Positions 19,601 to 27,039 of a stretch of DNA of 64,000 bases are shown one piece after another; positions within the stretch are counted from its first letter, which is position 1, and every line of letters begins with the position of its first letter. The notes under the pieces were generated by a model. That model was not told the origin of the DNA and made no database searches. It worked only from the letters and a program-made list of their open reading frames with translations. This DNA comes from Candidatus Caccovivens sp. Its GTDB lineage: Bacteria > Bacillota > Clostridia > Christensenellales > UBA1242. Location of the stretch: positions 5,896 to 69,895 of the forward strand of contig JAZRRN010000048.1 in the NCBI GenBank assembly GCA_045650745.1, in the 5' to 3' direction. A program made the translations under genes and the position numbers.

Positions 19601-22600
19601 GATCAAATCGTTGTAGTCCTCAATTGGGATAGGACTGTCTTGTGTGCTTTGATCATGCACATCAAATTCGAAAACAGTATAAACTCTTTCAGCACCATCT
19701 CTTGTTGCGCTGTAAGTATAAACACCGTTTCTCATTGTGTAATAAGAATCCATTGAGAATGAATAAACATCACTTGTTTTTGAATTGTAAACTCTAAGTG
19801 GAGTTACAGTGTAACCAGCAATTTGATAATAGTCAGTTCTAATTTGAGAATCGCCTGACAAAACTGTGTCCTCGCCATTCATATAAACTGTCCATGTGAC
19901 ATTGCTTGACATTTCACCAACAAATGTGTCAACTTCGTTGCTTACGATTGGGTTTGATTTGTCATATTCAAGGAAGCTTCTGATTGAAAGTTGAAGTTCG
20001 TAAGGATTTCCGATTGCTGTTGAGATAACGCCATCAACCATGCCTCTTACAAGGTCGAGATAAACGCCTTCTTCATACACATAGTTAAACACATATTCCA
20101 TTACATACAAACGGATAGAATCTTCGCTTCTTACGGCTTCGCCATTGACAATCTTTTCGCCGATTGTCTTGATCATAATTTCTTTTCCAATTCCACCATC
20201 ATAAACAATGTTTTCTGATGTAACCGTCAAAACATATTTTGCACCAACTTTGTTGATTGAAACAATTTGACTTGCATCAGAAGGTTGTCCATTTGCGTCC
20301 AAGATTTGGATTTCAATTTGATCTGCTGTGTAACCATAATAGTTTAATGTCAAATCATAAGAAAGACCACGGGCAACATAATAATATCCACCAGCATCTT
20401 GCTTGTCGTCAAAAACAAGTTCGGCATAACTGCCAAGTTTTGTTGTCAAGTAAACTGGATAAGATTCAGCAAATTCGCCTCTATTTCCATAAGTTACAGA
20501 AACATTAAATCCAACAGCCACACCATCAGAAACATTCTTTGATGGCATGTTGTACATAATATAAACTTTTCCAACATAAGAAACTGAAACTGTGTTCAAG
20601 AACGAAATCATTTCGTCGTATGTGAAGCTAAATTTGCCATCTTTTTGACTTCCAAATGTGTCAACTCTGACAAATTCCAATTCGCTGCCAGCTTCTTGCT
20701 TTTCATAAACAAATGTAAACAATGCTTTTGCTGCATCTTTGCTTGAATTTTGTGACATATTTTCGATTGTAAATGTGTTGAACACTGCTTCAACAGGGTC
20801 AACAAACACTTCAATCAAACCGTTTTGTCCAGGAACAATGATGTCATCAACCACTGAAACATCATTGATGTTTGAATAGTTGTCTGCTGTGATATAGTTT
20901 ACGCCTGCTTCATCAAGGTTGAGTTCGACTGTTGCAAACACACCATCATAAAGCTCAGTCGCATAGAAGAAGATCACATATTTTCCAAAAATTCCTGTTT
21001 CAAATCTGTTTACAAACGCATCACTTGCAGAATTTACTCTAAGAGAATAGTCAAAAACATTAACCATTCCTGCTTTTCTTGCAAGAGTAACATTAAACAA
21101 ATCATCTGTAAGTGAAAGTGTGTTTACAAATGCTTGCCACTCTGCCTCAGAGTCACAATCATTGATGTTGTCAGGCATTCTTGATTGAACAAGCCTGTCT
21201 TCATCACCTTCTCTATAGAAGATTTCGTAGAACAAATATTCTTCATCATTTGTTGAGTCAACTGTCACTGTGTCAGTGTAAGGTTCGTTTGTTTTGATTG
21301 AAATTTCAACACTGTCTGGTCTGATCGCAGATGCTGTATCTTTGTAAACAACAGACAAATCAATTTCAGAAGCAGACAATTCGTAAACAAACAAATATGA
21401 TTGCTCGCCAATTGTCACAGAAACTTGCAACATAGGCACAAGTGTGTAAGAGTCAACAGCACCTTCAATCGCTTCTGCACTCTTATAGAAGATGATTGTT
21501 TGCTTGTTTACTTGCACTGATGAGAATGTTTTTACATTTTCGTCACAATCTGCAAACAATTGAGAGTTTCTTGTCAAATTGTATGCAACATTTTTGTATG
21601 ACAAAACCCCTTCTTTTGTGATCGAATATTTGTCATTTTCGCCAAGATATGTCGCAGTGTCATCAAGTGTGTATGTTGGCACCAAATAAATGTTTGTGTT
21701 TGAATTTCCATAAACTGAAACTTGACTTCCGTTTACAACATTCATTCCACTTGCGTTTCTGCTTGTGTAGAATACTGATCCTGCAACATCTTTGTCGAAG
21801 TAATTTGTAATATAAATATAAACTGTTTTAGATTCTACTCTATTCAAAATGCTTGTCAATGTCAAAGTTGCCAAACCAACGCCATGCGCGGTAATGTTTC
21901 CATGAATGTCAACTGACAACAATCCTGCTTTTTCTGCAGTCGAAATGTTTACATCTTGACTTGTGATTTTGATTGGATAGAAATCAGAGTTTGGAGAAAG
22001 TGTGTTGAGTGCCAAAACTTCATCTTGCACCACTCCGGTTGTCGAACCACTTACACGGTTGTCAACACCAAAATAATACATAAAGTAAACACTTACACCT
22101 TCAACCGAGCCGTTTGTCATAAGGTAAGGATTTCCAGCATCTTCACCAAGACCAACTTCTTTTGTTTCGAAGCACACTGTTTTGAAGATTTCATAAACAT
22201 TGCCCACTTTCTTGAGAGAAACAAGATCTCCATAATAGTGAGTTGTTGAAGTGTCTGAAGTAGAACCCAACGCTGTTGATGGGTTTACAATTCTCTTCAA
22301 ATACGAAACTGCTCTAAATGCCGAACCATAGCTTCTTCTTGTTTCGCTAGCATTTCCAACCATTCCATAAACGCCTGCAGCATCAAATGCAACTTGCTTA
22401 AATTTGATGAGCATTGCAGAATAAAGAGTGTTTCTGCCATCGTCAACTGCTTCAATATAGTTTCCAGAACCAAAGTTTACACGATATCTGTCATCAACTG
22501 ATGCGTCAACAAAGTCATAACCACAAATTGTTCCAACATAGTCATATCCTCTGACAAAGATACGAGAGTTGTTTGTCCAAATGTCAATTCTGTCAACATT

Positions 22601-25600
22601 TGCAGTGTGAGCATAACCTACCACACCACCAACATAATCTGTGTATCCTTTTTCAGCTGCTGTTTTTGAAACAATGTCTTGTGTTGAAATTTCGCCACCA
22701 ACAAGCATGCTCTTGATTGCGATGCCACTTTCAACTGTTTCTTCTGCCATAATTGGCATTGTTGTTTCAGCCAAATCTTGGTTGTAAATATAAGCAACCA
22801 TAGATTTTTGGTGAGTTCTTCTGCTGTAGTTGTTGTATGCCACAGCACCAGCAACACCACCCAAATAGATGTTTGAATAATCATTTTGCACTGTTTCGCC
22901 AGACACTTTGATAAGAGTGTATGCCGAATAAGCAGAATAACCATAAAGTTTGAGTTCTGTTGATGTTGTGCGTTCTACAAGGCCTGCAGTTGCACCAACA
23001 ACACCACCAGCAAACAAGTTTGTCGAATCTGCTTCAATTGTCAAATAATCGTTGAAATATGCAAGATTTTTTGCATTTTGTCCAGCAAATTTTGCACCAC
23101 TTTCATACAAAGTGAAATCTTGCAAAATTTGTCCGTAGTTTGCTGCAGCAACCGAACCAAAATAAACATTTGTGCTTGCTACTGTTTCAATGCTTGATGC
23201 AGCAACAATTCTTGTGCCAAGGTTTCTCACAATACCTTTGTTGATTGCAACAGCAAGGCCAACATAGGCACTTCTTTGAAGATCGAGATCAACCTTTCCT
23301 GTGATCAAAATGTTTTCAATCATTGGAGTTTCAATTTCGATAATGTTTCCTGTCACACCATCATAAACAATTTCGTTGAGTTGTGCAAACAAGCCAGCAT
23401 ATTGAACGCCATCGACTGTTTCCACAAAGTTTGCATTGTTTACAAAAAGGTTTGTGATTGAAGCTTGAGCAGTTGTGCCTGTAAGCGAACCACTAAAACC
23501 AACCAACACTTTGTTGCCTTCTCTTTCAAGGATACCAATTGGTGTTGCACCTGAAATTGCAGACATATCAATCACTGTGTTGAGCTCGTAATGACTCTTC
23601 AATGTTGTTTCATTTGCATTGATTGCCAAAATATCTTCTGGTTTTTCAAGCAAATAAGGATTGTTTCTAGATCCGTTTCTATAATGAACATCAATGCAAA
23701 GAGGTTTCTTTGTCAAAGAAGTATAGTTGCTGCCCCATTCTGCTGGATAAACATAAATTCTTCCTGTCAAAGACTCTTCAATGTTTACAATGTTTGCAAT
23801 GTTGTTTCTATAGAAGTTTTCACAAGAAATAAAAATTGTATAAGTGCCCTTTGATTGTTCTGAATAATCCACAACAATCTCAACCATATCGGTATAAGGG
23901 TTTCCGTTTGTCAATTCAAAGTCAACTCTCAATCTCTTGTTTGTCGCATCTGTTGGATATGTGTAAACACCCAAAGTATAAGACAATTTGTCGTTTGTAA
24001 AGTTGAGTTCGTCTATTGCTGTTGAAAGTGATATGCTTTCAATTGATTTGTATGGAGATGAAACAATCTTTGCATCATATCTCTTTGTCGAATTTCTTTG
24101 TCTGAGATTTGTGCTCAACACAAATGAATACGAACGCATATCTGTTGCAAAATATGTCAAAGTGTCAAGGTCAAAATAACCAAAACCACCAATGCTTCCA
24201 CCGAGATAATAGATGTTTGAGAATTCTACGGTATACAACGCCATAAGCGAGCCACCCTCATCTCTTTCTTCATAGATAAAATCTTCAGAACTAAACATCA
24301 TTCCGGTTTCAAATGTCACATAAACCATACGAGTTTCTTCGTGTGTTGTGCCATCTTGAATCCATTGTTTTGTGATTTCAACAGCTGTTGCTGTTTTGTC
24401 AAATGGTTGACCTTTGCTGTTTTGCACATAATAGTATACAAATTTTTGATCATATTCTTCTTCAACCAATTCAGAATAATAATCTGTGCTTACAGTTGTA
24501 TAGTTGTAGACAATGCTGCCATCTGGCAATTCAGAGTCAAAAGAGTTGTACATGTTTGGAATAGCTTTCTTGTCAAATTCGTATTTATAGAAGTTTGTTG
24601 ATTGTCGGTTGTTTGCCACAACATCAAACTTGACCGAACTGTCTTCTGTGCTTACTCCCGAACCATAATAAACAGTGTTGTTCAAGGCATAATCTTCGCC
24701 ATTCTTCAAATAATATTCGTCAACAAGTGAATAAGAACTAATCCTTGCATAATATGTAAGTTCTGTGTTCACCACCTTAAAATCATCTACTGTATTTCCC
24801 ATCAAGGTAAATGTGACATCTGTCACACCATTTTTAACAGTTGCAATTCTGTAAAAATCGTTTACTTTTGCCACTGTTGCAATGTTTACATCACCAGGGA
24901 TATATTTTACGCCTTCACCTGCCAAGTTTGCTGCAATCTTGATAAAGGCATAATTGTTGAAAGTGATTTCATCTTTTGTAGATGGGTTCAACACTTCAAT
25001 GTTTAACACATTTTCATATTCTGCTTCATATTTTGAATAAGAATAGTTTGAAACTGCCTCATTTCCTTCACTTGCCAAAGCAAAGGTTGTTGTTTCTGCT
25101 TTCAAAGTTTTTACAACTTCAAAATTTACATATCTTGACAAACCGTTGTCAAGGAAGATTTTGTAAACACCTTTACCAACTTTCTTTGGCACAACCTTCA
25201 TGTTAAGGAAAAATCCGTCAACACCTTCAACATAAGGATTTTCGTTGTCTGCAATGATTGTCACGACATCTTCGCCACCATCATGCTCGTATGAAATCCC
25301 TTGAAATCTGTGTTCTGCATAAAGTTGTTGATCAAACGCAACTTCTTCTGCGTCATAATCCACTTTCAAATATCTGTTTTCATCACCTGTGTAAGCATGA
25401 GCAATATTCAAATAGCTTGCACCTTCAACAACCGAGAAGTCAATTGCCAATGTCAATTCTTCTGCGTCTTGAATGATGTCGCTCACAAGGTGAATAACAA
25501 GTGTTGTTTTGTCTGTTTTTGGCGCTTTGTCAACACCTCTAACAAAAAATGGTCTATTCAAATCAGTGTAGAGCTTTGCGTTGCCGTTTACAACATTCAC

Positions 25601-26998
25601 TCTGTCACTTGTGATAATTTCCAAATAAGTTTCATCAAATTCAAACCAAATTCCATCGTAGTTTGCTGGAGAGTTGAGTCCTGACAAAACATTTACCCAA
25701 AGTTCGTTCCAGCCATATTCATCAAGTTTGTAACTGTTGTAAACCACCATTGGTTCTGGTTCGGAAGTTCCGTTTACTGTCACTTCAATTGGTGCAATTT
25801 TTACATCAAGTCTAAACCTTCTCAATGCGTTGACACTGTCATCTTGCACACCCTTTGCAACATTATAATAGATTTCAACATCAAAATAGTCTGTTGTTTG
25901 TGTTTGTGAGTTTTGTGAAACCAACCAATAGAAAGTTTCAAATTCGCCTTCATCAGCAACTTCCAAAGGTTCGATATTCACAAAGCCATTTTCAAGCAAA
26001 GGTTTGTAAGTGATGATTGATTCTTCTTCCAATTTGATGTTTGTTTCGATTTTCAAAACAAATTGTGTCATGTTTATATTGTTTGGCACGATTGAAATTG
26101 TGTTGTCTGTAAGTGGTTGATAGTCCACATCGCCAGTCACCGTGTCAACATATCCACCAGACACATCAATTTTGAGACTTGGCAACACATAAACATCTGA
26201 CAAACAATAAACAATTTTGTCATATGCAATGTTCCCTACCGAACATTCATAAACAGTAAGCATATTAAACTTGCTCACAAGGTCAACTTCTGCAAATGCA
26301 GATCCGTTTACACTTGCAAAAAGTTTGTTTTCGCCCGTATCTTCATCAGCAACAAGTTTCATTTTGTCAAAAGCAACAATGCTTCCATCAATGATAGATC
26401 CTGTTCCGTTTTTGAAGATCGCTTTGTCTGATTCAAGGTCAATTGAATCAAGATAGAATGTTGCATCCAAATCTGCGTTTGGTGTGAAATAATAATAGTT
26501 CAATTTGTCATAAGTCACAAAGTCACTATCAAATTCGACCAAAGCAGAAGTTGGTTGAAACATTGTGTCATTTGAAACATAGTTGATGTCATCTTTTGCG
26601 TCCATAGATTTTGCATATTGTTCTACAAAAATTGACACCGTGCAAGTCTTCATTCCATCAAAAGTTGAAACTGTAAGAGTTCCTTCGCCACCATTTGTTG
26701 CTGTGACAGTCACCCTTATTCTCGACTTGTCCATTTGTTGTTGTGTGTAAGTAAAGATTGAAGAATCTCTGTTTGAATCTTCTTCAATATGCACATAGTT
26801 GTCAAAACCATTTTGATATCCTTCGATTGTGAAGATAATATCCTCAGTTTGTCCAACTTCCAAGTTTACTGATTGACGATTGGCTGTGATGTGAATCTTG
26901 CTGTAGTCTACTCCACAACCAACAAAAAAGAAACCTGCAAACAAAAATGCAAATACACTACACAATGATATAATTATATTTCTTAAAGTTTTTGTCAT
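16676..26998 (-). CDS. Giant surface lipoprotein (3440 aa) built from beta-sandwich/Ig-like arrays alternating with GLUG-type beta-helix repeat modules
   Basis: Uninterrupted 10.3-kb ORF. N-terminus MTKTLRNIIISLCSVFAFLFAGFFFVGCG gives a signal peptide plus lipobox. There are many repeats of about 20-25 aa of the form (A/G)G(F/L/I)(V/A)G.N.G.I..(S/C)(Y/F), for example YVAGLVGKNNGYITNS, LAGFVGENSGTIASSY, AGFVVTNTNSGRIFTSY, AGFIYSNEGTVADCY, SGFVFENGGNIARCF. Modules open with NP(I/Y)xI...DGNGYSL-type entries. Confidence 0.9.
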   Translation of the reverse strand: MTKTLRNIIISLCSVFAFLFAGFFFVGCGVDYSKIHITANRQSVNLEVGQTEDIIFTIEGYQNGFDNYVHIEEDSNRDSSIFTYTQQQMDKSRIRVTVTATNGGEGTLTVSTFDGMKTCTVSIFVEQYAKSMDAKDDINYVSNDTMFQPTSALVEFDSDFVTYDKLNYYYFTPNADLDATFYLDSIDLESDKAIFKNGTGSIIDGSIVAFDKMKLVADEDTGENKLFASVNGSAFAEVDLVSKFNMLTVYECSVGNIAYDKIVYCLSDVYVLPSLKIDVSGGYVDTVTGDVDYQPLTDNTISIVPNNINMTQFVLKIETNIKLEEESIITYKPLLENGFVNIEPLEVADEGEFETFYWLVSQNSQTQTTDYFDVEIYYNVAKGVQDDSVNALRRFRLDVKIAPIEVTVNGTSEPEPMVVYNSYKLDEYGWNELWVNVLSGLNSPANYDGIWFEFDETYLEIITSDRVNVVNGNAKLYTDLNRPFFVRGVDKAPKTDKTTLVIHLVSDIIQDAEELTLAIDFSVVEGASYLNIAHAYTGDENRYLKVDYDAEEVAFDQQLYAEHRFQGISYEHDGGEDVVTIIADNENPYVEGVDGFFLNMKVVPKKVGKGVYKIFLDNGLSRYVNFEVVKTLKAETTTFALASEGNEAVSNYSYSKYEAEYENVLNIEVLNPSTKDEITFNNYAFIKIAANLAGEGVKYIPGDVNIATVAKVNDFYRIATVKNGVTDVTFTLMGNTVDDFKVVNTELTYYARISSYSLVDEYYLKNGEDYALNNTVYYGSGVSTEDSSVKFDVVANNRQSTNFYKYEFDKKAIPNMYNSFDSELPDGSIVYNYTTVSTDYYSELVEEEYDQKFVYYYVQNSKGQPFDKTATAVEITKQWIQDGTTHEETRMVYVTFETGMMFSSEDFIYEERDEGGSLMALYTVEFSNIYYLGGSIGGFGYFDLDTLTYFATDMRSYSFVLSTNLRQRNSTKRYDAKIVSSPYKSIESISLSTAIDELNFTNDKLSYTLGVYTYPTDATNKRLRVDFELTNGNPYTDMVEIVVDYSEQSKGTYTIFISCENFYRNNIANIVNIEESLTGRIYVYPAEWGSNYTSLTKKPLCIDVHYRNGSRNNPYLLEKPEDILAINANETTLKSHYELNTVIDMSAISGATPIGILEREGNKVLVGFSGSLTGTTAQASITNLFVNNANFVETVDGVQYAGLFAQLNEIVYDGVTGNIIEIETPMIENILITGKVDLDLQRSAYVGLAVAINKGIVRNLGTRIVAASSIETVASTNVYFGSVAAANYGQILQDFTLYESGAKFAGQNAKNLAYFNDYLTIEADSTNLFAGGVVGATAGLVERTTSTELKLYGYSAYSAYTLIKVSGETVQNDYSNIYLGGVAGAVAYNNYSRRTHQKSMVAYIYNQDLAETTMPIMAEETVESGIAIKSMLVGGEISTQDIVSKTAAEKGYTDYVGGVVGYAHTANVDRIDIWTNNSRIFVRGYDYVGTICGYDFVDASVDDRYRVNFGSGNYIEAVDDGRNTLYSAMLIKFKQVAFDAAGVYGMVGNASETRRSYGSAFRAVSYLKRIVNPSTALGSTSDTSTTHYYGDLVSLKKVGNVYEIFKTVCFETKEVGLGEDAGNPYLMTNGSVEGVSVYFMYYFGVDNRVSGSTTGVVQDEVLALNTLSPNSDFYPIKITSQDVNISTAEKAGLLSVDIHGNITAHGVGLATLTLTSILNRVESKTVYIYITNYFDKDVAGSVFYTSRNASGMNVVNGSQVSVYGNSNTNIYLVPTYTLDDTATYLGENDKYSITKEGVLSYKNVAYNLTRNSQLFADCDENVKTFSSVQVNKQTIIFYKSAEAIEGAVDSYTLVPMLQVSVTIGEQSYLFVYELSASEIDLSVVYKDTASAIRPDSVEISIKTNEPYTDTVTVDSTNDEEYLFYEIFYREGDEDRLVQSRMPDNINDCDSEAEWQAFVNTLSLTDDLFNVTLARKAGMVNVFDYSLRVNSASDAFVNRFETGIFGKYVIFFYATELYDGVFATVELNLDEAGVNYITADNYSNINDVSVVDDIIVPGQNGLIEVFVDPVEAVFNTFTIENMSQNSSKDAAKALFTFVYEKQEAGSELEFVRVDTFGSQKDGKFSFTYDEMISFLNTVSVSYVGKVYIMYNMPSKNVSDGVAVGFNVSVTYGNRGEFAESYPVYLTTKLGSYAELVFDDKQDAGGYYYVARGLSYDLTLNYYGYTADQIEIQILDANGQPSDASQIVSINKVGAKYVLTVTSENIVYDGGIGKEIMIKTIGEKIVNGEAVRSEDSIRLYVMEYVFNYVYEEGVYLDLVRGMVDGVISTAIGNPYELQLSIRSFLEYDKSNPIVSNEVDTFVGEMSSNVTWTVYMNGEDTVLSGDSQIRTDYYQIAGYTVTPLRVYNSKTSDVYSFSMDSYYTMRNGVYTYSATRDGAERVYTVFEFDVHDQSTQDSPIPIEDYNDLIEKMADGEWYILLNDIVLPSMEYAAINDVEQFVPLTARIAGLDGNGYSLQFAGTYDFGSATQIGVFATNESDAILQNVTVRMTSDTIFKTGAGSFDVGLLTASNEGIITNCSVEASNNSTLSVVCSEKASSAYVAGLVGKNNGYITNSRSKVSIFSNVNLAGFVGENSGTIASSYYMGASLRNETTTTAEYTAGFVVTNTNSGRIFTSYVSGTPSADSMYYNKRSENEIRSSNSLAGFIYSNEGTVADCYSNIQLKQSGTYASGFVFENGGNIARCFSTCIMENDQTSNYGFARTNYKGSIQGSLEDCYYLQDSGLNENIGEIALEDSEGLKPLSCTEFGNMENFKNYVYVEGRDINSVWFFNNNTTDYSNFNSATFNAGRLELVSANIIAYSRRQLDRIETIVDDKGATSARYVYIYALSSQPLGSVYNPILINDYKTMETYISRENTNAGFNYSYYRLISDVTYEGYTENSQLFKTKFVGYLEGNFMKISGVTLVDSESVNYAGLFAEVGRSGLTDAVGTLMNFTYEPLGVSFANANSVGALTGRLDGGTIVNVDIVRDSADAVYVEGNNIVGGAIGVAVGNYKIQNLYSQVGAIVRNWNIGGSAFVDGEDMGRYSYAGSLVGVLSGRGYIYNIKVDEVVSVYADTAGLVFGYIDSGATAEKIDVLVDDSMIISAYGYGGFVTGESRGTVKNVNVHGSDQAFTNIKQVFTAEGIGGFAGLISGGSVSDVTISKSISVSTQSTQNGIQNLGGFAGVINEVAEISNIKVSGEFTGFQYVGGIVGTINNKTGRVVFKDIVLEMGKLNLYGHRMDETGIGGLVGCIVDNGSFALSATTGNRNYFNVVANQSIYVYASDIDSGVGAVVGLNVGVMEQSVESTDSTISATVHVYDLVSNEGKEESSSTLKVSSTGNLTGGEVELEGGEIKTIITRRITLATDSNYYCNIVYIRPNADESSNSYNLYASMYGLAKVFEAE
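18771..19200 (-). repeat. Example block of GLUG-like repeats (coding) inside the 3440-aa gene
   Basis: Translates to AYVAGLVGKNNGYITNSRSKVSIFSNVNLAGFVGENSGTIASSYY...AGFVVTNTNSGRIFTSYVSG...LAGFIYSNEGTVADCYSNI...ASGFVFENGGNIARCFSTC. Confidence 0.7.
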
Positions 26999-27039
26999 AG
27001 ATTTCCTTTTATCAGTTTGTATTTAGTTTATAAATCAAA

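Noticed and set aside
17020-25684. Numerous nested ORFs of 60-200 aa on both strands inside the 3440-aa gene (e.g. 17477..17986, 18223..18822)
   Set aside because: A 10.3-kb uninterrupted frame cannot arise by chance. The nested ORFs are off-frame or antisense by-products of the repetitive, compositionally biased coding sequence.
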